DNA of 64,000 nt from Rotaria socialis (lineage: Eukaryota): positions 1 through 64,000 of the forward strand of contig CAJNYD010000132.1 of NCBI GenBank assembly GCA_905331295.1, given 5' to 3'. How positions within the stretch are numbered: position 1 is the first letter of the stretch; every line of letters begins with the position of its first letter. The position numbers and the translations under genes are program-made. Below, in pieces: positions 26,909 to 41,264 of this stretch. The notes below the pieces were generated by a model. It did not search any database, had not been told where the DNA came from, and was given only the letters and a program-made list of their open reading frames with translations.

Positions 26909-27532
26909 ATGACGATGGGTAACACAAACACTGGTGTTCAACTTTATCGAAAAAAGATTGATTCAACTGGTAATTATCTTCCTTTTCCAGGTTATACCAT
27001 TGTCGCACATGCTACACACCCATTACCCAAGCCATTAGTGGAGCTAGTCAGTTATCTTTCTTCAAGTGAACTTCGAAAATATTATTCATTTCTACCAACT
27101 ACAAGTTATCATGTTACTATAAATCCACTTGAAGGTGTTCATGACGAACATAAAGAACTTTTAGAACAAGAACAAGGCAGATTAAAGCAGCAAGATACTT
27201 CACTTGTAGGTACAGCTCAAAATCTACTCTGTTCTACTATTATTTTAATTGAAGTACAACTCAACGATAGGAATAATCCAAATTTTGAACAGATTATTCA
27301 AGATGTTCGATCTACTAATTTACAACAGGCGAATATTCTACGTAATTACACACAATCCTGGCATTTAACATTAGCTTATCCATATAAGGATATAGAAAAC
27401 AATGAAATAAAAGAAAGACTTTATAAAATAATTGAAAACATGCCTGAATCAGCGAAACTTCCTTTTACGATTCCACTTGAACATATACGAATATGTCGTT
27501 ATAATGATATGACAAGATTCACATCGATATAA
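26909..27532 (+). CDS. 2H phosphoesterase, DUF1868-like; intronless
   Basis: Single 207-aa ORF with two HxT motifs (FLPTTSYHVTI; WHLTLAY) and N-terminal KIDSTGNYLPFPGYTIV, a layout I recall from the DUF1868 2H family. Confidence 0.75.
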   Translation: MTMGNTNTGVQLYRKKIDSTGNYLPFPGYTIVAHATHPLPKPLVELVSYLSSSELRKYYSFLPTTSYHVTINPLEGVHDEHKELLEQEQGRLKQQDTSLVGTAQNLLCSTIILIEVQLNDRNNPNFEQIIQDVRSTNLQQANILRNYTQSWHLTLAYPYKDIENNEIKERLYKIIENMPESAKLPFTIPLEHIRICRYNDMTRFTSI

Positions 27533-27706
27533 TATAAATAGAAACAAAAACAAAAAACTAAGAATACCATTATTTTTATTTAACAGAAAAGACCTAATAA
27601 ACAATAAAAATGAGCAGGCTCAATTGTTTTTTTTTGTTCTCGACATAAATGAATATATTGCATTTGAATTGATTATGAGAATTCGAAGAAAAAAAGAATG
27701 ATTAAT

Positions 27707-28931
27707 TTAAAGTTCTTCTTTCGGTTTTTCAAGATCGGCACCAAAATCAGTTATTTGTGAGCCAGCAAATGTTGAATAAACTGAAGTAATTTCACCAGGT
27801 GTACAATAACCATCTTTATTAGTATCACATTCCTTCATTAAATGGTCAGTTTCTTCATTTACTGTTTTTTCTATTGATGGTAAATAGTACACAGAAAACT
27901 CATCGAAATCACCAAAACCATCATTATTGGTATCAATTTCTGAAGTTAAAGAATCAGCTTGACCAGCTTCAGCTTCTATACAGAAAAACAAAATTTTCCT
28001 TTATTAGTATTTTTACTCTCTCTCTCTCTTGTTTAGTGAACATACCAGTCATTATTTTATATTCAGCGTTCGAAATTTTACCATCTTTATCGTCATCATA
28101 TTCATGAATCATACTATCTACTTCAATTTTAGCTAATCCTTCATTTTCTTCAGGTTGAAGAAATGTTCGAAATTCATCATAGGTTAATGCTAGATCTCCA
28201 TCGGTATCAACAAATTCCCATTTTGCTTTATCTGCTAAATATAACTTCAAAAATAAAAATACTGTCAATGTTTAATATTAGAAATTCAATTCAGTTCTTA
28301 CTCGTTTATTTTCACGTAAATTTAAATTTAATTTATCCGGATTACTGAATTGGCTACGTTCAATATCACCAAAATATTCACGGGAATATGCATCAAATGT
28401 TATTTTATTTGTATTTTTAGGATCAAGTGTAGATATTAAATCATCTGCTTCACGATCATTTAGGGCTCTGAAGAGAAAAAGTATTCATTTTTCTTTTATC
28501 GAACTTGAACAAAAATTAATATTTACTTGACACGTTGCTCAACATAAACACGCATTTCATCATGAGATACTTTTCCGTCTCTATCAGTATCAATTTTATT
28601 TGCAATTATACGAAGTTTCTCATCTTGTTCTTGTCCATCCTGAATTTTTGCTACAATATTTTATTTTTTATTTAATATGAAAAATTTTACAAAAACATTT
28701 GCACATACCATCAAATAACTTTTTGTGTGATTCAAGATCATGATGATCATCTGAAATATAACAATATGATTGTATTGGAAACAAAAATACCAATATCAGG
28801 TGAAACTTACGTCCATCATGGGCATGATGATGATGATCATGGCCATGGCCATGTGCTTCATATTCCTTATCCGCAAATGAGCCAATCATTAATAGAGCTA
28901 AACAACCAGTAATCAAGAATAGACGAGCCAT
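27707..28931 (-). CDS. CREC-family (calumenin/reticulocalbin-like) ER EF-hand protein
   Basis: Six exons; signal peptide MARLFLITGCLALLMIGSFA; EF-hand loops DTDRDGKVSHDE, DTDGDLALTYDE, DDDKDGKISNAE, DTNNDGFGDFDE, DTNKDGYCTPGE; FAGSQITDFG; C-terminal KEEL. Confidence 0.88.
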
Positions 28932-30854
28932 ATTTATGGAGGTTTCAAATTTTCTCTGAAACACATTAACAAAATAATAGAACTAATACAAGCACATATA
29001 TATATTATATATTATAAGTATATGCACTTATCAAAACAAAATAGTCAAATAAAAAGAATACATGAAAATTTATCGATTCTAGATTTGTCTGCTGTCTATT
29101 GGCTAGGACAATATAACCAGTTATAAAGAACGACTATAGGGATCGTTCTAAATTTTTGATTCATTATAATCAATGAAATTTTCCTTTACGAAAGAGTTAA
29201 CCAACTAATAAGAATACATAGATTAAGAATCTCAAAAGAAAAAACTTCATGTTTTTCATCAATTAAACATTAAAAAGAGAGGTTCTGAAACTAACGAAAT
29301 TCAATGCAATTGATTGTAATGAGGCATTCTAATCAAGTCAATATAATAACTTGATGTTTGATGAAAATCATAGGACTATTTAAATTGATATCGATCGATA
29401 ATAAAAAATGTATACGAATCAATGCATAAGTGAAACCTTGCAGATAGAAAAGTGAGTACAGTAAATCTTTTGCATGAATAGATAACTGCTAGGAAACCTT
29501 GAAAAAGAAAGATACGCTTGATTAACATTATCACGAGTCGTTCGTTGAAGTACGAATAAATAGAATATAATTGCGTGACTATCATTGAGAAAAAATGATT
29601 GGATACTCAAGAGTCGATCAGCATCTGTAACAGAACTGAGGCATACTCACACCTTCACCTGATTTCAACTTGTGTTTTAATATTTTTTCACTAATTTACG
29701 ACTTCTAAGAATTAAGCAGCAGTCTAATTTTTCTCCTTCTAGAGAAATATCTTTCATTCAGGTATTTTCGATGAAATTGTTTTCATATTTTCTTAAGTAT
29801 CATGCCAAGTGATCTCCACGTAGAAGAGTATTACGGTATTTAATACTCCACTGGTCGGCAATACAAATGATGTAACGTTATTTAATTTTCATTCAATACA
29901 TTTTTACTTTGAAATTTCTTTTAAAACTTTAGTTTCTATGTCTTCATCACTTTGTAGAAGCAACAATCCGCATTTTTTGTCAGACACAAAAGAATCTCAA
30001 TATTTTTCACGAACAAATAGGAGATGCAATCTATATATATATATATATATATACTGATGCAATCACTCGGCTTTTAGAGTTAGGAAAGCAAAATATATAT
30101 CGGCATATGCAGACATGAATAAATGTAACAGATTGCCTACAAGTGATGAACAATATAAACTATATATGAAACTCTGCTAGAGTTCTTCTCATCATAATCT
30201 ATTGGTTTACCTCCACATTCGACTTAACAAACGATGAATTTTCTCTTTAACGAAATTAGCCGATAATGTTGAATTGTCTAACAATCATACATGGAAAACA
30301 ATTTATCAACATGGAGTATATTTATGAAGCGAACGTATTTGTGTGCATTTCATTTTCTGATTTTTCTTTTGTTTAACTTTCGATTTGATGCTTTTATTGG
30401 AAACATTCTTTTCATTTAAAAAATAAACCATTTTGTTATGACTTGTTCCTATATTCCATTAATACACATGAGAGCAAAAAGAGCGCGGCGGACTTACTTT
30501 TTCATATAAAATCTGTGGAAGTGCCTCTTGATGCTTGTTGATTCTAGCGAGACATTGTAAAATGAAGCTCTACCTTTTTATTGGCTTGTAATTTTTACAA
30601 TGATGTGAGTAAAGTTCTTTCTTTCCTTCTATTTGCCGGTCTATATATATTTTACTTTTACTTCTGTACTTCCTTCAATCGTCGTCCTCCATTTTCGACA
30701 ATATAGTCACATGGGAAAATTGATCTTAGCACTAGGATTGGCCCATTTGTTCATCCAATACGTTCTAAATTTTTTTTTCTTTTCTTTTTTTGTTTTCTGA
30801 TTAGAATACACTCTATTATTTGTCATATCGCTTATTCTGGGAAGGTTCATTGAA

Positions 30855-31574
30855 ATGGCAGCACAAGTTCAGACTTATGTTCGTAAAGTAGAAGATGCAC
30901 TCAAAGGATATTTGTACGATGGCCCACTCACTCCATTATGGAGTCTCGTTGAACAGAAGACAAAGCTTAAACGAGAACGTGTTGCATTAGGTATTTCTAT
31001 TTTGTCTTGTTAATTAAATTGTTCTTTAATTATTTCTTCATTTCCTAGGTTTGCTTGGTTTTGTTGCAATCTATTTGGTACTTGGTTGGGCTAACGATTT
31101 TATTTGTAATTTTATTGGGTTTATTTATCCAGCATATGCTTCGTAAGTTTTGATTAGCACTCAAATTAAACAAACAAAAGCATTTGTATGTTCTTTTTTC
31201 TTCATTTTTCAAGAGTGTTGGCCGTTGAATCAACGCCCACACACGATGATACAGAATGGTTAATATATTGGATTGTTTATGCTTCATTTGGATTTGTCGA
31301 ATATATTGGTTACGTATTCTTCCATTCATTACCGTTCTATTGGTTTGGTAAATGTATTTTCCTTCTTTGGCTAATGGCGCCAGGAGAACGGGGTGGTTCT
31401 CATATTCTCTATCATCGTTTCGTACGTCCTTTCGTACTTAAACATCAGTCCGTTGTTGACAAACATATTCAAGATGGTAAGATATCTGTTTATTCTCAAT
31501 GACTAGAAAGTTTAAATTCTAATTTTCTAGTTAAAGATCAAATAAACAAAATTTCAAGCAATGATACCAAATAG
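30855..31574 (+). CDS. REEP5: Receptor expression-enhancing protein (REEP5/6, DP1/Yop1 family), 178 aa
   Basis: Exons 30855-30990, 31049-31142, 31214-31476, 31531-31574; FICNFIGFIYPAYAS, AVES..DDTEWLIYWIVYA, LPFYWFGKCIFLLWLMAP. Confidence 0.9.
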
Positions 31575-33007
31575 ACTAATTACCAAAATTTTATTCACTT
31601 ATGAAAACATGGGTGGTGGTGGTGGTGTTGGTTGACAATTATAAACATTTTCTTGCGTGTTAATTCTTATTTCAGATGAAACATTTATGTTAGAATGCAA
31701 AAAACAAGATCCCTGATTTATCTCATTCCATTTTTTTCTCATTTTATTTTATCTCAAAAAAATTGTTTCTTTATGATTTTCTCAATTATGATATTTGTTT
31801 TATTGTATCAGCTTAGATTCATTGTTGTCTTGTAAACAAATTTCATCAATCATCTTCGTATGTTTCAATAAAAGTCATTCAAGATTAGAGAATTGTGTAG
31901 ATAGTTTTAATATTTACTTTGGCAATATAACAAAAACACTCATGGATTAGATAGCTAAAACAATATTGGTCTTGTTTAGAATGAAAAACAAAATTATTAA
32001 AATATGGTTCTTTCAGATATGTAAGAGATGAATTTTTATAATAGATTCATTTGATGTAATATCAATGAAAGTTAGTTTTGTTTAAATAATTACATGATAA
32101 AGTTTTACTAGAAATTTCTCGAGTTTACAAATTCTACGCGTGATGATATTAATAAAAATGACATTCAAAGATTTTCTCATAGTAGAAGTTTCGTCACAGT
32201 TTTGTTGTTTCCTCAGTTTTTTTAAGAACAAAAACAAAACGATTAATGATGTGCCAGTTCAATCTCTAATTAAAAAATTTAAAGAATAATTCCTTTTCGT
32301 AAAGGATTCTATGAAGAAGTAACTTTGATCAATCTTGCTATTTTTTTTTCATGTCTTTCAATCACCTATACAGATCTATTACATTGCGATGCATAATACA
32401 TATACGAACTTACAAATGTTATTTATATTGAAAGAAAAATATGATCAAATCAATCAACAGACATCACATCCTATTTCGTAATTTTTATTTTGCTTTGTTG
32501 ATGTTTGATGAAGAATATGAGTACGCGAAGTCGTACATGTGGCAATTGATAGTCCAAAAATAACTTCCAGTACTACTTTTTATCCAAATCAAATCATTCT
32601 TAAATATTTTGTTTCTATTCAATATTTATTCCAAAACTCTAGTAGCACAATTGTCAATTGTATAATAGTGTCATCTATCATACTTAGGACATATTTCATT
32701 ATATTCTATGTATGAAATTATCTAAAGTCATGAGATGTATTGACTTCAATTTTTATGATACTTTGTTCAAATTATACTTACTTAAATATTGTTTTGCAAG
32801 CCTCTACCATATGTTCCGATAAAGTGAGATAACGATGGTGTTTTGAAACAATAAAAAAGTTGGTCACATCCTTTCTGCGTATAGGAAAGGTATGCGTTTT
32901 GCTCGCTAATCAATAAAGCGCCACCTGCTACGTAAATATTCTTCTGGATGACATTTGATTTTAATTTTTAGATTATTCTATTTATCTACTGCATAAATTA
33001 AGCGAGA

Positions 33008-35693
33008 ATGACTGCTCGCGATCAAATTCGAGCTATGCTGGATCAATTGATGGGAACCGACAATAGTATGTTTGGTTTAAATTTAAAAAGAAAAAAGTTT
33101 CTTGTTTTTGATTTTACCTACTCTATTTGTTTTACGTTGTAACAATTGATTCTATTCGAAAGAAAAAGATGATATTGATAATTTTCATTACAATTTATAG
33201 TGAAAAAAAAATGCTGTTTTCTCTTCATTGAAGGCAAAAAGAGTTCATCTAGTTTTTTTTCCTCAAAAACTGACTATCACTGTTTACTATCATATTTTTT
33301 ATCTGTCACACAAACTCTGTTTTGAACGATGTGTTTTTAGCTGATGTCACGATGAATATGTCTATGCTGGGTTTCATTAGCTCTGCGAGCAGCAGCTACT
33401 ACGAAGTAAATATCGTGAGTATATATAAATAAATCGAGAAGTGGCTCCTCTGTGTGAGTAAAATATATAATCTATAACGTTGAATTGATATCATGTTAGG
33501 ATATCTTCATATTTATTGGTTTTATATATTTTTTTTGTGTAATCTTCTGGTATCATAAAAACCTTCTTCATAGCAGATAGGGTACGTATCCGAGTAGATC
33601 TGGTAAGTATCCCAGCGTTATTTTATGAGATATCTAGATATTAAAATAGTAAAATTTCTTACAATATTATTCTTATTTAAAAAAAAAACATCTTACAGGT
33701 TCAACTAAATCAAGTATGTCGTTTGAAGACCGTCGAGTTTGTCGACCATTTCTATTGAATTGTTGTCCTCATGAAATTCTTTCTGGAACTGTAAGTTATT
33801 GATTAAATGTAATCGAATCAGAAATGAAAAACTAAATCATTGTTTTATTTTATAGCGTGTTGATTTGGGTGAATGTACAAAGATTCATGAATATGCTCTA
33901 CGTGCTGATTATGAACGTGCAGCAACTACACGTAATCTGTATTATGAAATGGATGTTAGTATAGAAAGTTAATTTAATTTCAATTACATAATTTTTTGTT
34001 TTTAAATAATAGGCATTAGACATGTTAAGTAAATTCGTTGCTGAATGTGATCGTAAAACGGAACATGCTAAACGAAAACTTCAAGAAACACAAGAAGAAT
34101 TAGGAGAAGAAGCTGCAAGAAAAGTAAATTCTAATAATTATTTTTGTGATTTAGTTTAATTTATTGATTTTTAGATGAATACTATTCATGAACTTGGTGA
34201 ACAGATTGGCACAAAACTAGCTAAAGCTGAAGAATTAGGTGCACAAGGTTTAGTTGATGAATCCATGAAATTATTAGAGGAAGTCGAAGCATTAAGAAAA
34301 GCAAAATTAGAAGCTGAACAAGAATTTCGTTCAACGATGCCAGCATCGACATATCAACAACAAAAACTGCGCGTATGTGAAGTATGTTCAGCTTATTTAG
34401 GTATACATGATAATGATCGTCGTTTGGCTGATCATTTTGGTGGAAAATTACATTTGGGTTTTATACAAATACGTGAAAAATTAGACGATTTAAAAAAACG
34501 TGTCAATGAATTAAATGAAAAACGTGAACTTGAAAGAAAAAGTCGTCGAACGTAAATAACTGAAAAAATCGATATGTTAAAAGGCTTTAAACTAAAAAAA
34601 ACCTTTAATTCTTTGCATTTCAGTTCACCACCACCAGCATCGTCATCGCGAAACGATCGTAGAGGTGATGATAAAGATAAGAAAGATCATCGTCCAGCAC
34701 ATCGTAGTCGAAGTCGATCAAAAAAAGCATCTAGTCGAGATAGAGATCGACGAGAATCACGATCCAGGTAAAAAAAACTTGCTCATTGAGTTCAATTTTG
34801 AATTCATTCCGTTCTTTTTTTTTATTAAATTTTCAGATCTGACCGTCATTCATCTAAGTATTCACGTAGTCATCGTTCATCGCGGTCACCTTCACATAGT
34901 CGACGACATAGCAAACGATCTCGTTCACGGTAAGTCTTCAATGTTGTTATATTTATAGAGAAAGTCATTATCGTATAGTTACATTAGTATTATTGCTAAA
35001 ATATTTTATATTATAACGAGTCACGTATATCTTTATGTTTTTTTCTTTAAAATATATTTAATTTATGGTTTGATCTAGTTTTATATGTCATAGTTCTCCT
35101 TAGTCTAAGAGTAGGTTAGACACGACACATGAGATAATTAGTAGACTTAAACATGAGATTCTTCAACTAAGAAATTGTATTTTAAATCCAGACTATAAAA
35201 ATATGCTGAGGAAATCTCAAATCCACTTCACAACACCATGAAACTTTCAGTCTATCTAATTCAGTTTTTTTTTCTTTACTTATCATGATCTATGTGTGTT
35301 GTGAAAGTTTTTACAATTTTTTGAATGAATTATTCAGTAAAGATTTCGGTTAGACAGAATGGCACTCTTTATATATATATATATATATATATATATCAAA
35401 GAGTAAACTAAATATTTATTAAAATTAGTTCTGGTTCATCACGACGTCATCGCCGTTCAAGGTCTCGTTCTAATACATCATCATCGAAACGTCATCATCG
35501 TCATCGTCATCATTCAAAATCACCGGTACATTCTTCGTCACATTCTAAACATAATGGTAACGGTGATTCTCAACATAAAGATAAACCCGATGATAATGCA
35601 TCAACTAATCATGTTGAGGATGATGAAGAAACAACACGTATTCTTGAATATATTCAACGAACTATGAAAGAAGACAAAAACATTAAAGAATAA
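33008..35693 (+). CDS. LUC7L: LUC7-like U1 snRNP-associated splicing factor (LUC7L/LUC7L2 type)
   Basis: MTARDQIRAMLDQLMG; ZnF1 VCRPFLLNCCPHEILSGTRVDLGECTKIH; ZnF2 QQQKLRVCEVCSAYLGIHDNDRRLADHFGGKLHLGF; RS-rich tail; stop 35691-35693. Confidence 0.95.
33341..33414 (+). other. Candidate frameshifting (poison) cassette exon in LUC7 intron 1
   Basis: Flanked by gtttttag (AG 33339-40) and GTGAGT (33415); 74 nt, not a multiple of 3; inclusion gives a TGA within exon 2. Confidence 0.6.
35370..35396. repeat. (TA)n microsatellite (others near 17237, 30032, 38775, 49489)
   Basis: Direct reading. Confidence 0.9.
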
Positions 35694-36386
35694 TGAAGAC
35701 ATACAGATGAAATAACTTTATTAAATAAAATACATGATGATCTGTATATGTGTGTTTATCATTTGTTTATTTCTTGTTGTGTATGTTAATTGTATTTGTC
35801 TTTTCGAAATAGAAGCTCATCAAAACTTAAAGGAAAAGGTTGCTTTATTGTTCCAATAATTTATTGTAGATTAAAAGAAATCTCTCAAAATAGAGTTCAA
35901 TTTTGAATATTGTCTTACTTATTATTTAATTACTTGGTTATTATTAACTTTTATCACGTGTCTTCTTGTTTGTTATCGATTTAACCGGAGTATTACTCGA
36001 CAGTTATCAAAAATAAGTAAGAAATTTTAATTGACTTGTTTTAGGCCTATCAGAACGATTGTTCCTGTGATCGAGATCGTGTTTCTGCATGATTTTAATT
36101 ATGAATTATGTAGAGTCGTTGTTCTCGTAAAATTAAAATAATCAGAATCCAGTTTGAAATAATCGCTTCAATGGTCATTTCGAAAATTTGCCCTGATACA
36201 AATTTGAAATTTTTATTAAAAATTTGTCTCTAGATTTTTTCTATTTTCTAGCATTAAATTCTGAATTTCACAATAGATTACGATCACGTAATTCATTGAA
36301 TATATTAATTTCAAATTCTATCGGTACCATCGCCGTTGCTCCTTCAAAAACATTGGATTAAACAATGCACTGAATTTGTTTTTCTA

Positions 36387-38758
<2,372 letters not shown>

Positions 38759-39182
38759 AGAAAACAATATCTATATATATCTATATATATATATATATAT
38801 ATACGTATAAATATATAAATATGTCCTCTATACAACCTACCCTTCTTTTTCACATATGAAATATATCCTGTTTTGTGTATTTGTCTATGTCGGTATATGT
38901 TTATGTTGTTTTGTACATAAATGTCACATGGTCAGCCAGTCAGTCACTCAGCCACATCGACGACGACATATTATTCTCTTCTAGTTTATTGCTATCTTCT
39001 ATTCTCTAGAATGGTATGCGTCGTCAATCTTTATATTCGGTTACCTATGTAGTGTACTTTTTTTTGGTTGCTTGTTTTAGAAATTACATTCATTTATACT
39101 TCTCAATAAAAAAAAATGATGAGGAAAGTCAAACAATCGATGTGTCTCAAGAACAAATTATTTAATTTCTTTTCTTCTAGAT

Positions 39183-41190
39183 ATGTCTAATATTAAGAAA
39201 TTCTTTTCGAAACTAAAAAGTGAAGTGAAATTTTCTAAAGCTGGAGAAGGCCATCGATTGAATGAACAATCGTCAACTCCTCGAAGTGCAGAACCTAAAC
39301 CACGCCCACCACCATCTGCACGACAGACTTCCGATGGCGGTACAGCAGCTCGAGCTGCTGCAGAAGCAGCACAACAACGTTTGCAACAACAAACGTCTTG
39401 GCAACAATCAGGAGCTTCAAGTGAGACTAAAACATTTTCACTGTTAATAGTATAAACTAGTAGATATCTATGCGTATTTTCAATCTTGCATTAAATTCGA
39501 GAGGATAGTTATACAATAATTAATAATTCTTTAAATAAAAGAATAATATCATTTCAGGTAGTCGTACTGCTGATAGTGTTCGTCGTCAAGCTCAACGTGA
39601 ACTCGAGCAAGAAAAGGCACTTGAAAATCAATTTCAACAAGCACTTGATCTAAAAGATCATTATTTCGGCAACCGACAAGTAAGTAAGAGAGATGGAAAA
39701 TGCTTCGAGAGTAGCCGTTGTTTAATTTATTTCTATGCTATTGAGCATATGTCGCAAATTCAAGTAGTGATTGTAATAGTCAGAGAAGTTTTTGTATCTA
39801 ATATATTGTTTAATTTTTTCAAAAAAAACCGCTTCCATTCAATCTTTATAATCCATTTACAGTTTTAATAGAAAATCTGGAAAAAAAAGATAAAAATCCT
39901 GTGTATTGTGTTCTCTTTAAAATGCAATTATACAAAAATATGTTTGCTAGAAAACTGCATAGCCGATTAATATCTCTACGTATTTGAATTTGCGCTAAGT
40001 GTTTTACAATAAAACAAAAAAAAGGAAAAGCTAAAAATAATAATTCTTTTTACCTATTTGAAAATCTTATTTTGAAAATGAATACATTTTCTTTATGTGC
40101 TATTTAGATTAGTGTCGAAAGTTCTCCACTAGTTGATCTGTCAAATTTACTTTTTAAAGCTCCCGATGTATTTGGTGATGATATTTGTTTACCTTACGAT
40201 GAATTACAACAACAAATAGAAAATACACTTCGATTGCAACTTGAATCTGAACCAATGGTTGCGGCTACACTTCTATTTTTAACTTGTAATCAAAAAGATA
40301 AAGAAAAGTTAAATGCCTGTAAAGAAGTTATATGTAAATATTTCGATAATATTATTGCAAATCCCGATGAAGAAAAATATCGTCGAATTCGATTACAAAA
40401 TAAAGTTTATGCTGAAGTAAATTATTTGCATTGTTTTGGTTTTCTTTTCATTTTCAAATTATCGTTTTTCTTGTTGTAGAAAGTTGCATCATTAAAATAT
40501 GCTGCCGAACTACTTCAAGCTGGTGGATTTATAACATCTGACGATAAAGAATCAATTGTTTATCAAGAACGTTCAATTGAACCATTGACATTAGCACGAG
40601 ACACACTTATGAATGGTGAACCAATACAAGTTCAACTTGATAGAAACTTAAAAATTTTTCTACCAACAAAAGAACGATCATCTGTACCACCTGTGCAACA
40701 ACTACCAAAAGATCCATTATTTTATCAAACTACTGTTGGAGATGTTTTACGTGAAAAACAACGACAAAAAGATATTATTGAAAAAGAAGAAATGCTACGA
40801 ACAAAGGCAATGCGTGAACGCGATGAAAAACCTGAACCATCTGTACAATATAGATATACAATTATACGTATACGAATGCCTGATGGCATTATATTGCAAG
40901 TTATATTTCAATCAAATGATCGGCTTTCGTGTTTATTCGATTACTTACGTTCATATTGTCTTATATATGATTGGTTACCATTTACATTGATATCAAATGG
41001 TGATCGACGAGTTTATACAAGTCAAGATGAACAATCAATGACATTTAATCAATGCGGTCTTGTACCAACTGCTTTGCTTTCGTTTCAATGGAACGAACAA
41101 GCACTACGTGAAGTGCTAGGACAAACCCCCAATTTCTCACCTAATACTTTTATTAAACCCGATGTACTTGCGAATGCAACTCGACTGTGA
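39183..41190 (+). CDS. UBXN6: UBX domain-containing protein 6 (VIM-PUB-UBX p97 cofactor)
   Basis: Four exons; IKKFFSKLKSEVKFSKAGEGHRL, VIM-like AARAAAEAAQQRL, PUB KYFDNIIANPDEEKYRRIRLQNKVY, UBX YRYTIIRIRMPDGIILQ...GLVPTALL. Confidence 0.92.
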
Positions 41191-41264
41191 ATAGTCTCTT
41201 GTTTTATCTTATTTTATTTTTGTGCGCTTATCTTTATTTTATTTATCCATCCATCTGATATTTT

